Shown one piece after another: positions 1 to 13,042 of a stretch of DNA of 64,000 bases (positions are counted from its first letter, which is position 1; the number at the start of each line of letters is the position of its first letter). Location of the stretch: assembly GCA_950097015.1 (NCBI GenBank), contig CATNEN010000001.1:3906001-3970000 (forward strand), in the 5' to 3' direction. The translations under genes were made by a program, and so were the position numbers. The stretch is from Macrostomum hystrix. Taxonomy: Eukaryota; Animalia; Platyhelminthes. The notes under the pieces are model-generated. The model was not told the DNA's origin. It did no database searches and saw only the letters and a list, made by a program, of their open reading frames with translations.

Positions 1-624
1 TTCGTTGACCAAATTTAGTGTTTTTTTATAATTATTCTTATTCTAATCTAACTACTATGCTTATTAATTAGAATATGCTGCGTTTTTATTCAGAACAGAA
101 TGTTCTTGCAAATATGTTTTAATAATGCTTGTGTAATACAGTTTAAACGTACTTTCATGCTGTTCACGCTGATGTTGTTCATTTAACGGTAATTAAACAA
201 CCCAGGTTTGAAAAATAAGTTCCGTAACGATCTACTTTCGTTTTTTGCTATTCAAACAAAAATACGGGTAAATATATTATCTAATTCTTCAGTCTTGTGT
301 TTTTGCCACTTAGAAAGTCATAACTTCAAAAGTGCATATTTTTAACACTAGCAGGTGTCGTCCAAATTGCGCACCTTATTGGCCAAAAATGAATTTAAAA
401 AGTGAGAGCGGGTAAAATATATATTTCATAGATGAGACCGGGAAAAGAGAACATGTGAGAAGAGGTAATAAAGGAAAGTAAAGGCACGGTACGGAAGAAG
501 TGACAGGTGATTGTAAGTGTTGGAGGATGCTAGGTGTTGAAATGGAGGGAGAGTAGAAGCGATAAAAACAGAAGGGTAAGAGGGGATTAGAGGGAGAATA
601 AAATAGTAAGAGGACACTTTAATA

Positions 625-1182
625 CCGAATTATTCGTCCTGACAGGTAATACTTCGTCTTGACAGCTAATAGTTCGTCCTGACAGTTAATAGTTCGTCTT
701 GACAGTTAGTACGAGTACTTCGTCCTGACAGTTAATAGTTCGTCCTGACAGTTAATAGTTCGTCCTGACAGTTAATAGTTCGTCCTGACACAGTTAATAG
801 TTCGTCCTGACAGTTAATAGTTCGTCTTGACAGTTAATAGTTCGTCTTGACAGTTAATAGTTCGTCCTGACACAGTTAATAGTTCGTCCTGACAGTTAAT
901 AGTTCGTCTTGACAGTTAATAGTTCGTCTTGACAGTTAATAGTTCGTCCTGACACAGTTAATACTTCGTCTTGACAGTTAATAGTTCGTCCTGACAGTTA
1001 ATACTTCGTCTTGACAGTTAATACTTCGTCCTGAGACAGTTAATAGTTCGTCCTGACAGTTAATACTTCGTCCTGACAGTTAATACTTCGTCTTGACAGT
1101 TAATACTTCGTCTTGACAGTTAATACTTCGTCCTGGCTGTTAATAGTTCGTCCTGACAGTTTATACTTCGTCCTGGCTGTTA
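625..1182. repeat. 20-bp minisatellite (agttaatagttcgtcctgac)
   Basis: Direct tandem copies with c/t variants and occasional 2-bp insertions. Confidence 0.95.
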
Positions 1183-2039
1183 TTTACAATGAACGGCAGA
1201 CGAAACGACCGTCAACACGATTTAGGTTGGTTTAATTGTAAAATTTCTTAAAGAATAAAACTTTTTTGTTATATTTCAACATCCTCGAAGGTCCACTCAA
1301 AATCTAGATTTGTAGTTCTATATACTCGTAGTTATATTATGTAGCTTAAGCTCATCGCTCAAGCCAGCTGAAACTACGAGTATTCAAAAGCGGCCTGTCC
1401 TTTCTTATTGTTGCGTTTTGTGATCATAAAAGAGACGAAAAGTGTTGTGATCGTGTGATGTTACCATCGTAGCGTTTCGTATATTGGATAGTGACAGAAA
1501 TGCTAAAAGAGAGGATGATAAAGCGGTATATAACCGGCGTCGTAGCCAGACTTTTTTGTGTTATATGAGAGTTTTGCAGCCAAGCCTTTGCTTTTCTACT
1601 GTTGTCAGTAGTCTGAATTGTATCTCTCACAAACTTAGAAAATACTTTTTTAACGGAAAGGAATTCATTTGTTTTGCTTCTATTTTTAGCCTGTCAAGGG
1701 CTGCGGCACTAACACTTGTCCTAACTATCTGTACTTTGGCACTTGTCACATCTGCTCGACCGATTTTTGCAACGGTGGCGTTAAATTTGCACCCATTGCG
1801 GCCGGCTCTCTACTCGCTTGTGTTGCCGCTGTTGCTATGGCAACCCGTCTGGTCACTTAATCTCTTGAACAACGAACAAAAATTGAGAGAACATAATTTT
1901 AACTTGCGAACAAAATGAACAGAAATAGTTCCGCATCCTTTTCTCTAGTAGCCTGTATCCTTTTTATCCAGAGCCACACACCTTACAAAACTCACTAACT
2001 AACTCATTAACTAACTAGAATTTCAAACTAGAATCATCA

Positions 2040-2541
2040 TCATTTGGGAGTCATCATCAAATGGGGGATCATGGTCAACTGGGAGATAATTGTCAACTGG
2101 GTGATCATCATCAACTGGGGGATCATCATCAACTGGGGGATCATTGTGAACTGGGGGATCATTGTGAACTGGGGGATCATTGTGAACTGGGGGATCATTG
2201 TCAACTGGGGAATCATTGTCAACTGGGGGATCATCATCAACTGGGGGATCATTGTCAACTGCGGGATCGTTGTCAATTGGGGAATCATTGTCAACTGGGG
2301 GATCATTGTCAACTGGGGGTTCATTGTCAACTGGGGGTTCATTGTCAACTGGGGATCATTGTCAACTGGGGGTTCATTGTCAACTGGGGAATCATTGTCA
2401 ACTGGGTGATCAACATCAATTGGTGGATCATTGTCAACTGGGTGATCAACATCAATTGGTGGATCATTGTCAACTGGGGAATCATTGTCGACTGGGGGAT
2501 CATTGTCAACTGGGGGATCATTGTCAACTTGGGGGTCATTG
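2040..2541. repeat. 18-bp minisatellite (tgtcaactgggggatcat)
   Basis: Tandem copies; explains the repetitive ORFs at 2040-2636. Confidence 0.95.
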
Positions 2542-3249
2542 TAGCTTTAAAAAGCTGTAAATTCAGCTGCAAAAGAGTATATACTAGACGAATTAAAAAT
2601 ATTTCTGCTCCCCGAAGGGGGGGCAAAACTTGCTAGTGACTTTCTAAAACTTGCTTCGAAGTTATTTTGCTTTTAATTCTATTAGGCCCCTATTTGTAAC
2701 AGCCTTCTAGTAATACAGTTAAAAAGTTGCCAAATTTGTTAAATCTAACATATCTCTTAGTAACACAAACAGAAAAAATGTATTTAAATTCGTGCGCAAT
2801 TCATTTTAGTTTCACAAATCACGTGATATTATCTCTCGTTTTATTGCTACTTCTGTTTTTGCTTCTGTTTATCGATTCTTAATCTCACTGCTCTACTTAT
2901 CAAGTAGAATGTGCTGTGTTTTTTCCTAAGCAAAAAGTTTTTAGATTTACCTAACAAAAGTTCTTATGCTGTTCACTATAATGTCGCTATTAACCGATGC
3001 TTAAATAAATAATATTTTGATATATGTACTAGTACAGCTGCAAGTGTCTTCATACGATTAAATATGTACCTTTGTGGGCCAAAATTAGAACTTAAATGAT
3101 GGAACTGTGATATGGGAAAAAGGCAAGATAAAACATTTCAACATATCGGAGACATGTGATAGACAACACTCGGTGTTGGAAGAGGCCGAGTAAAATGGAG
3201 AAAGCAAAGAGGCGATAAAAGTGGGGGAGGAGAGGCGATATAATGGAAA

Positions 3250-3525
3250 TTATTGATGATAAAATATTTCTTGATTGCACCACAGCTGCAGCTGTTGAAT
3301 GGTGCATCTGAAGGTTGTGTACGTCTGTTCAGTCCATGGACTGAGGGGGGGGGTACGCCACACCCAGCCTCAATTACCACAGCTGATGCTGGTACCCATT
3401 TAACAACTGGATGAACTGAAGCAATGCAGAGTTAAAGTGTCTTATATTGTTGCTGGGAAGTCGGGAATCGAACCCCCGACCTTCAAGTCGTGAGTCCGAC
3501 GCCCTAACCACTAGACTACAACCTG
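3250..3525 (-). mobile_element. tRNA-derived SINE with CORE-like central domain
   Basis: The minus strand reads an A-box (tagtctagtggttagg) and a B-box (ggttcgattccc). These are followed by aagacactttaactctgcattgcttcagttcatccagttgttaaatgggtacc, which resembles CORE-type SINE domains, then an AT-rich tail. Confidence 0.75.
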
Positions 3526-4618
3526 GGGGAGAGATTGGAAGATAAAAATGATGCCTAACTTGCCCTACCTAGTTGTTGATAGCTTCTACTTTCTTTCCTA
3601 TAGTCTGTTTATTTAACACAGAATAGGTAAACAGCAAGTCTATACTTATAAAAGTGCGTAGTCTTATTTATATAATTTTCCGGGCATCCTCTGTGCTTGC
3701 ACATTCAATTTCTTTTGGCCGAACTTTCCTTCCTACAGGAACCACTTCAATTCTATTTAGTCTAACACAGGATCTTCGTCAAGATCATGTCGAGAGCCAG
3801 TAGATTTTAGTTTTAGCCCCTATAGACCTGTTTCCTTTTAGTTTTAATGGGCAGAAAGTCAGGTTTAGGGGGTAAGACAAGACCAACCGTATAAATCTCT
3901 ATAGCAAGATAATAGACTTTGGCAAAGAGCTCCTCTGCCACTCAAGATTGTTCCGGGCGGCTCAACATGCAAGGCAAGTTTCTGGTTGTTGATTTTACGC
4001 GCTGAATAAACACAATCTATCGATATATCAAAATTATCTATGTTTGTGGGTTGTTAGTGAAAAATCTAAGTGAAATTGTGGCGAAGCCACCACTTTGTGG
4101 AGAAAGTGCAAAGCATACTATGAAAGAGCGAAACCCGCATTTTAGAGACAAAGGAGCAAACCTCTAATTCCGAGAATAAGGCGAAATCTACACTTGAATA
4201 AGAAAAAAAGAAACCCCTACTTCGTTGAGAAAGGGGTGAAACCCCCACTTCGTGGAGAAAGGAGTGAAACCCCCACTTCGTGGAGAATGCGGTGAACTCG
4301 ACGAAGCTTCCTGTCATAACCACAGACTCGTATTCTATATTTTGAAGAATTGCAATCTAGATATGTTTAATGGTATTAATTTTTGAATGGTATAAACGAA
4401 AACGTCGTCATACAACCCGCGATTATTTTTAATTCGTACGCACTGTACAAAACTGTTCCATAGGTAACAGAAGCGAAGCTTCAAACACTTCGCGTTTGCT
4501 ATCTTTTTTAATCTATAGAAAATGCAGTTTTTTAAGTCGAAACGCTTTACAGTCGAGATAAAGTATAGAAGCCAGAAAAAGAAAACGCTAGTATTTTTTC
4601 AACTAAATTAATTTAAGC

Positions 4619-6829
4619 ATGTCGCTAAACTGGCGAGATTGGCCCGTGCCGCATCACTCGTCGGCCGCATTGTTGGCCGAACTAGTCGAACGTTTCGAAT
4701 ATCGTGAGGACGACATTCTTGTGAACACTTATCCGAAATGTGGCACAACCCTGACCCAGGAGATTGTCTCATGCTTGTCGCTGGGTCGGGAGGTCACTAA
4801 AAATACGGACTTGAAGCTTCGCTCTCCGTTTCTTGACTTGAGTCCGCCGCCGCGTGTGCTTGATGGCTCGGACGGCCGTCCAATTGACACGGCAGTCGGG
4901 CTGGCGAGTCCTAGAGTGATGAAGACTCACCTACCTCCTGCCTACCATCTGAGACAACTGGTGAGGCCATGGGCTTGTAGAAATTAAAGGTAGAGCTGGG
5001 GAGAGGGAGAGTGAGAAGGGCGAGAGGGAGAATGCGAAGGGCGAGAGGGAGAATGCGAAGGGCGAGAGGGAGAATGCGAAGGGCGAGAGGGAGAATGCGA
5101 AGGGCGAGAGGGAGAATGCGAAGGGCGAGAGGGAGAATGCGAAGGGCGAGAGGGAGAATGCGAAGGGCGAGAGGGAGAATGCGAAGGGCGAGAGGGAGAA
5201 TGCGAAGGGCGAGAGGGAGAATGTGAAAGGCGAGAGGGAGAATGCGAAGGGCGTGAGGGAGAATGCGAAGGGCGAGAGGGAGAATGCGAAGGGCGAGAGG
5301 GAGAATGTGAAAGGCGAGAGGGAGAATGCGAAGGGCGAGAGGAGAATGGGAAGGGCGAGAGGGAGAATGTGAAGGGCGAGAGGGAGAATGTGAAGGGCGA
5401 GAGGGAGAATGCGAAGGGCGAGAGGGAGAATGTGAAGGGCGAGAGGGAGAATGTGAAGGGCGAGAGGGAGAATGTGAAGGGCGAGAGGGAGAATGCGAAG
5501 GGCGAGAGAGAGAATGTGAAGGGCGAGCTAAGCGTGAGAAGGGCGAGATAGAGTGAGAAGGGCGAGACAAAGAGTGAGAAGGGGTAGAAGTAGGGAGAAG
5601 GGAGAAGTGAAAAAAATTACGATGCCGGACGGGTCTGGTCTTCCAGGAGCAGACTTGGGCTCCGACATCTGCCGGCGGGCCACGCAACATTATCGTGATG
5701 CGCAATCCCAAGGACGCGATCGTGTCCGCCTATCACCACATGACTAGCGGAATGAAATCATTGCCAGGTGTGCCGCAAAACTTCTCCCAGTTCTGGCGCC
5801 AGCAACTTCTGCCCACCAGCCTTTCAAACGTTGAGTCACAACCAGCAGCGATGGTGCACAGCTTTTTCGACTTCAACCTGTCCTGGTGGTCGATGCGGAA
5901 TCATCCGCGCGTTCTGATTCTTTTCTACGAAGATCTAATTGAAAATAAAGTGGCACAGGTGAAGCCGTTTTCAAAAAGCCAAAATTTTGTTTAAAAAACG
6001 GCTTAATTATGGGCTAAACAAAGAACTCGCATTGTACCCTACTAAACAAGTGAAATTATTTACAAAATCTCTGGGCAATCATTTGACGGAAGATTAGCTT
6101 GAGCATAAGCATTAGCTTGAGATTAGTATGCTCAAGATCGCTGCTTGAGCACACCAGCTTTGAGACAATCCGACTCATAATAATTTGATGAGGCAATTCT
6201 GCCCATTTCGCTGACTCCTGAGCACACACGCACACAGATACTGTACGCAGGCACACGCTCACACAGGTGTGTACATCTGACCTGACTTTCTCATCGTCAG
6301 GCAGTGTACACTCTCTCTGTGCCTTGGAGGTTGGCCCTCAAGGGCGTAAATTGCACGACAAGCCCCCAAGCCTTCTCTCCACGGCTGCGCCCCAAATAAA
6401 TGTGGCCTCGCCGCGAAATCGAGCTCAGGGACCTTGGTGTGAGGGGCAAAAGAGGCAGAGGCGTTAAACGCTCTGCCACTGACCCAAAATGTTGTGTTTA
6501 AAAACGGCCCAATTAAGGGCCACACAAAGAACTCGAATTGCAACCCTTTTAAACAGGTCAAAAAGATCGCCAAATTTCTGGGCATTAATTTGACGGAAGA
6601 TTTGCTTGAATCGGTGCTTGAGCAGACCAGCTTTGAGACGATGCGACTCAATCCAAATGTGAACATCTCCCTGAGCGCTCCGCAGCTCTGGCGCCCCGGG
6701 ACCAGTTTTATTCGACGCGGCGAAATCGGCGATTGGAAGCGACACTTCACCGTGGCGGAGTCTGAAATTGTCGACCAATTGATAGCCGAGAGACTGGCCG
6801 GTTCTGGGCTGAGCTTCCGTTATGAGTAG
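4619..6829 (+). CDS. Cytosolic sulfotransferase (Sulfotransfer_1 family), ~308 aa; exons 4619-4960, 5647-5958, 6557-6829
   Basis: 5'-PSB loop TYPKCGTT, catalytic KTHLP, 3'-PB RNPKD..VS and C-terminal [12 protein letters not shown]. Two phase-0 GT-AG introns join the three pieces in frame. Confidence 0.92.
5000..5585. repeat. Purine-rich 21-bp minisatellite (gaagggcgagagggagaatgc) in sulfotransferase intron 1
   Basis: Tandem copies. Confidence 0.93.
6180..6486 (-). mobile_element. Probable SINE (tRNA-like head) in sulfotransferase intron 2
   Basis: The minus strand begins agtggcagagcgtttaacg (A-box-like) and later reads gagctcgatttcg (B-box-like). A related head fragment recurs at ~20595-20665. 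Confidence 0.55.
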
Positions 6830-7009
6830 GGATTTCTATCCCTAATCGCGAAAATGAGAGAGAAAGATTCAGAATCATTTTTAAATAACATATTTACTGT
6901 TCTATATCGTAAATCTATTTTAAAAGCATGATATCCTTTATGAATCTCAAAATCGAACTGAAGATCCTCGCATCACAATATTCTTCTCTAGAACCAAAAG
7001 TTCTATTCC

Positions 7010-7470
7010 AGATCCCAAAATCCTACTCCACATCCCAAATCCCAAAATCATACACTAGATCCCGAAATCCTTCGCTAGATCCCGAAATCCTACAATAGAT
7101 CCCGAAATCCTTCACTAGATCCCAAAATCCTTCACTAGAACCCAAAATCCTTCGCTAGAACCCAAAATCCTTCACTAGATCCCAAAATCCTTCGCTAGAA
7201 CCCAAAATCCTTCGCTAGATCCCAAAATTCTACACTAGATCCCAAAATCCTTCACTAGATCCCAAAATTCTACACTAGATCCTAAAATCCTACACTAGAT
7301 CCCGAGATCCTACACTAGATCCCGAAATCCTATACTAGATCCCTAAATCCTATACTAGATCCCAAAATCCTATACTAGATCCCGAGATCCTATACTAGAT
7401 CCCTAAATCCTATACTAGATCCCGAAATCCTACACTAGATCCCTAAATCCTACACTACAGCACAAAATCC
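7010..7470. repeat. 20-bp minisatellite (cccaaaatcctacactagat)
   Basis: Tandem copies. Confidence 0.93.
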
Positions 7471-7885
7471 TGCAAAAGCCTTCCTAAAGTTTCTGTATTT
7501 GCTGGAAAATATCCTCTAACTCCATTTTCCTTAGACAAAAGTACAATTTTGTCGTCCTATAGAACATGCATCTTCAAGGCGATGGTTGCCCTCCTAGAAA
7601 CTAGAAGGCGAGGGTGGAAAGAGCATTCATTAATTGCCAGCTTTTTCGGGCCGGTTTCACCAGTTCCTAAAGGAATCGCTTGGGCTTTTCTTGTCAGATA
7701 AGATAACACGGCTGGTAGTGGGCTTCAGTGTGCATGCTTAGCTTGCTAAAAACATTTGGTCGATTCCGTGTTTTCTGGAAAGATGGCTCAGCCTAGATAT
7801 TGGTCACAGTGTTGCTGTTCTGAACACTAGTTTGACTTGCTTGTGTCTTTAGAAGAGAGTCAGATGTAAGTAATGATATCTAAGC

Positions 7886-9215
7886 TTGAGGCTAATCCCA
7901 GTTGAGGCTATGAGATAATCCCTGTTTGAGGCTATGAGATAATCCCTGTTTGAGGCTATGAGATAATCCCAGTTTGAGGCTATGAGATAATCCCAGTTTG
8001 AGGCTATGAGATAATCCCAGTTTGAGGCTATGAGATAATCCCAGTTTGAGGCTATGAGATAATCCCTGTTTGAGGCTATGAGATAATCCCTGTTTGAGGC
8101 TATGAGATAATCCCAGTTTGAGGCTATGAGATAATCCCAGTTTGAGGCTATGAGATAATCCCAGTTTGAGGCTATGAGATAATCCCTGTTTGAGGCTATG
8201 CGATAATCCCAGTTTGAGGCTATGAGATAATCCCAGTTTGAGGCTATGAGATAATCCCTGTTTGAGGCTATGAGATAATCCCAGTTGAGGCTATGCGATA
8301 ATCCCAGTTGAGGCTATGCGAAAATCCCAGTTTGAGGCTATGCGATAATCCCAGTTGAGGCTATGCGATAATCCCAGTTTGAGGCTATGAGATAATCCCA
8401 GTTTGAGGCTATGAGATAATCCCTGTTTGAGGCTATGAGATAATCCCTGTTTGAGGCTATGAGATAATCCCTGTTTGAGGCTATGAGATAATCCCTGTTT
8501 GAGGCGATGAGATAATCCCTGTTTGAGGCTATGAGATAATCCCTGTTTGAGGCTATGAGATAATCCCTGTTTGAGGCTATGAGATAATCCCTGTTTGAGG
8601 CGATGAGATAATCCCTGTTTGAGGCTATGAGATAATCCCTGTTTGAGGCTATGAGATAATCCCTGTTTGAGGCTATGAGATAATCCCTGTTTGAGGCTAT
8701 GAGATAATCCCTGTTTGAGGCGATGAGATAATCCCTGTTTGAGGCTATGAGATAATCCCTGTTTGAGGCTATGAGATAATCCCTGTTTGAGGCTATGAGA
8801 TAATCCCTGTTTGAGGCGATGAGATAATCCCAGTTTGAGGCTATGAGATAATCCCTGTTTGAGGCTATGAGATAATCCCAGTTTGAGGCAATGAAATAAT
8901 CCCAGTTTGAGGCTATGAGATAATCCCTGTTTGAGGCTATGAGATAATCCCAGTTTGACGCTATGAGATAATCCCTGTTTGAGGCTATGAGATAATCCTA
9001 GTTTGAGGCTATGCGATAATCCCAGTTTGAGGCGATGAGATACTCCCAGTTTGAGGCTATGAGATAATCCCAGTTTGAGGCTATGAGATAATCCCAGTTT
9101 GACGCTATGCGATAATCCCAGTTTGAGGCTATGAGATAATCCCAGTTTGAGGCTATGAGATAATCCCAGTTTGAGGCTATGAGATAATCCCTGCTTGAGG
9201 CTGTGAGATAATCCA
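7886..9215. repeat. 24-bp minisatellite (gaggctatgagataatcccagttt)
   Basis: Long homogeneous tandem array. Confidence 0.96.
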
Positions 9216-9867
9216 AACTTCAGACTAATATTAGGTTAAGTCTGTGAGATAATCCTGAGTTATTATGAGGCATTTTCAGAAGCTCTAGCTTTCATATCTG
9301 GTGTTTGACTGCGTTTTCACATCAGCGTGGAGTATATTAATAATTTATTAGGGAAATAAAATTATACCACAAAGCACTTTCCCTCCCCAGTCTAAATCCC
9401 CAGGCAATTGTTTTATTATCGACAAAATGCGGCATATAGTGTTGTTTCTAGTTTGGAAAACTTTATAGATTATTGATAGAATTGCAACGCAAAGACAGAC
9501 ACAGAAATATTTTGTGCGGCCGTGCACTTTAGCACTGTTCTAATATGCTTTTACGGTTCGTCAATCCTTGCCTCTCGTCTTCTCGTAACGCACAACTCAA
9601 AAAACAACTCGCAACATCCTGCGGGCTGGTCCTGAGCCTACAGCAGTCGCCAACCCACCCAAGACTGCAGGAAGAACTTATTCCTTAGCAAAGCCGCACA
9701 ATTCACTTGCGTCCTTAAATAAAACCCTGCTGATGTTGGAGGGGAAGAAAGAAAACCCACCACCCCTAATCCTATTTTCCCTACAGTGAGCGACTCCAGA
9801 ATTGTACCGATTAGAAAGCCGCTTGCGGATAAATTGGGGGAGAAATATTACTGGCTTGCACTTCTGC

Positions 9868-10122
9868 CTGTGTCTGTCAACTCATTTCTCCCTTGAGTCT
9901 GTGTCTGTCAACTCATTTCTCCCTTGAGTCTGTGTCTGTCAACTCATTTCTCCCTTGAGTCTGTGTCTGTCAACTCATTTCTCCCTTGAGTCTGTGTCTG
10001 TCAACTCATTTCTCCCTTGAGTCTGTGTCTGTCAACTCATTTCTCCCTTGAGTCTGTGTCTGTCAACTCATTTCTCCCTTGAGTCTGTGTCTGTCAACTC
10101 ATTTCTCCCTTGAGTCTGTGTC
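9868..10122. repeat. 31-bp minisatellite (gtgtctgtcaactcatttctcccttgagtct)
   Basis: About 8 near-perfect copies. Confidence 0.95.
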
Positions 10123-11600
10123 TACTCACAGCCTCTCTACTTCTCACAGCTTCTCTCTCTACTTCTCACAGCTTCTCTTTCTCTACTTCTCACAGTCTCT
10201 CTCTACTTCTCACAGTCTCTCTCTACTTCTCACAGTCTCTCTCTACTTCTCACAGCTTCTCTACTTCTCACAGCTTCTCTCTCTACTTCTCACAGCTTCT
10301 CTTTCTCTACTTCTCACAGTCTCTCTCTACTTCTCACAGTCTCTCTCTACTTCTCACAGTCTCTCTCTACTTCTCACAGCCTCTCTCTCTACTTCTCACA
10401 GCTTCTCTCTCTACTTCTCACAGTCTCTCTCTACTTCTCACAGTCTCTCTCTACTTCACACAGCTTCTCTCTCTACTTCTCACAGCTTCTCTCTCTACTT
10501 CTCACAGTCTCTCTCTACTTCTCACAGTCTCTCTCTCTACTTCACACAGCTTCTCTCTCTACTTCTCACAGCTTCTCTCTCTACTTCTCACAGTAATCTC
10601 TCTACTTCTCACAGTCTCTCTCTACTTCTCACAGTCTCTCTCTCTACTTCTCACAGCTTCTCTCTCTACTTCTCACAGCCTCTCTCTCTACTTCACACAG
10701 CTTCTCTCTCTACTTCTCACAGCTTCTCTCTCTACTTCTCACAGTCTCTCTCTACTTCTCACAGTCTCTCTCTACTTCTCACAGCCTCTCTCTCTACTTC
10801 TCACAGCTTCTCTCTCTACTTCACACAGCTTCTCTCTCTACTTCTCACAGTCTCTCTCTACTTCTCACAGTCTCTCTCTACTTCTCACAGTCTCTCTCTC
10901 TACTTCTCACAGCTTCTCTCTCTACTTCTCACAGCCTCTCTCTCTACTTCTCACAGTCTCTCTCTACTTCTCACAGTCTCTCTCTACTTCTCACAGCCTC
11001 TCTCTCTACTTCTCACAGTCTCTCTCTACTTCTCACAGTCTCTCTCTACTTCTCACAGCCTCTCTCTCTACTTCACACAGCTTCTCTCTCTACTTCTCAC
11101 AGCTTCTCTCTCTACTTCTTACAGTCTCTCTCTACTTCTCACAGCCTCTCTCTCTACTTCTCACAGCTTCTCTCTCTACTTCTCACAGTCTCTCTCTACT
11201 TCTCACAGTCTCTCTCTACTTCACACAGCTTCTCTCTCTACTTCTCACAGCTTCTCTCTCTACTTCTCACAGTCTCTCTCTACTTCTCACAGTCTCTCTC
11301 TCTACTTCACACAGCTTCTCTCTCTACTTCTCACAGCTTCTCTCTCTACTTCTCACAGTCTCTCTCTACTTCTCACAGTCTCTCTCTACTTCTCACAGCC
11401 TCTCTCTCTACTTCTCACAGCTTCTCTCTCTACTTCTCACAGCCTCTCTCTCTAATTCTCACAGTCTACTTCTCGCAGTCTCTCCATCTACGAGCTACTT
11501 CTTAAAGTCTCTACTTCTCAAGCTTCAACATTTACTTCTCACAGTCTTTCTACTTTGCGCAGTCTCTGTCTCTACTTCTCATAGTCTTTGTCTATTTCAT
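10123..11600. repeat. ~20-23-bp CT-rich minisatellite (ctacttctcacagtctctct)
   Basis: Tandem copies with variable (ct)n length, degenerate at the right end. Confidence 0.95.
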
Positions 11601-12137
11601 AAAGTCGCTCTTTACTTTTCAAGACTATTATTGATATCAACTTCTCCAGCCAGTCTATTCACTTCTTATTTAATAGCACGCAGTGGCATCCACACTAGTA
11701 CTTCATCAAATTTTCATTCTATTGCCATTTCGTCCACAGTTATAATAAATCCTACAAGGCAGCAAATGTTCTAGTTCGCGCATTTGTACATAGTACATGC
11801 CTGTCAAAACACAGAGCATCCATTTGCAAATGGGATGCCATATTATGCACTCATCGTCTCTCGCTGTTAAACTGAAGAGCAATTCAACCAAACGATGGGA
11901 ATTTCGGATGGCATTGAATGGGCCAGTTGATTGTTTGGACTAATATTATAGGCTTTTAGGTTGGGTTCTGAAAGCCCAACAGGAGAGTGGGGATGAAAGA
12001 GGGGTTGTCTAATAAAATAATGCACCAATACATAGTGCTTGTGCGACTTGTAGTTCCTGTTTACTAAATGATCAAATAAGGAACTATTGTACTGAAATTT
12101 CGAGCATGTTTGTAAAGTCATGAGCATGCGGAGTTAA

Positions 12138-13042
12138 AGATTAAGGATTAGGAAGGATTAGGGAGAGGAATGATTAGGAAGAGCAAGGATTAGGGAGAGC
12201 AAGGACTAGGGAGAAGAATGATTAGGGAGAGGAAGGATTAGGGAGAGGAAGGATTAGGGAGAGGAAGGATTAGGGAGAGGAATGATTAAGGAGAGGAAGG
12301 ATTAGGGAGAGGAAGGATTAGGGAGAGGAAGGATTAGGGAGAGGAAGGATTAGGGAGAGGAAGGATTAGGGAGAGGAAGGATTAGGGAGAGGAAGGATTA
12401 GGGAGAGGAAGGATTAGGGAGAGGAAGGATTAGGGAGAGGAAGGATTAGGAAGTGAAAGGATTAGGGAGAAGATGGATTAGGGAGAGCAATGATTAGGGA
12501 GAGGAAGGATTAGGGAGAGGAAGGATTTAGGAGAAGAAGGATTAGGGAGAAGAAGGATTAGGGAGAGGAATGATTAGGGAGAGGAAGGATTAGGGAGAGG
12601 AAGGATTAGGGAGAGGAAGGATTAGGGAGAGGAAGGATTAGGGAGAGGAAGGATTAGGGAGTGGAAGGATTAGGGAGAGGAAGGATTAGGGAGAGGAAGG
12701 ATTAGGGAGAGGAAGGATTAGGGAGAGGAAGGATTAGGGAGAGGAAGGATTAGGGAGAGCAAGGACTAGGGAGAAGAAGGATTAGGAACATGGAGGATTA
12801 GAGAGTAAAATGATTAGGGAGAGGAAGGATTAGGGAGAGGAATGATTAGGGAGAGGAAGGATTAGGGAGTAAAATGATTAGGGAGAGGAAAGATTAGGGA
12901 GAGGAAGGATTAGGGAGAAGAAGGATTAGGGAGAGGAAAGATTAGGGAGAAGAAGGATTAGGTAGAGGAATGATTAGGGAGAGGAATGATTAGGGAGAGG
13001 AAGGATTAGGGAGACGAACGATTATTGGGAGGAAGGATTAGT
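12138..13042. repeat. 16-bp G-rich minisatellite (ggattagggagaggaa) containing TTAGGG
   Basis: Tandem copies. Confidence 0.95.

Noticed and set aside
3452-3525. Functional tRNA-Val(CAC) gene
   Set aside because: The acceptor and anticodon stems do not pair properly and the sequence runs into a SINE body.
4911-5711. Protamine-like RRARG and SRPSH repeat ORFs
   Set aside because: They lie within the intronic minisatellite of the sulfotransferase.
10079-11774. 458- and 554-aa ORFs
   Set aside because: Translations of a stop-free CT-rich minisatellite.
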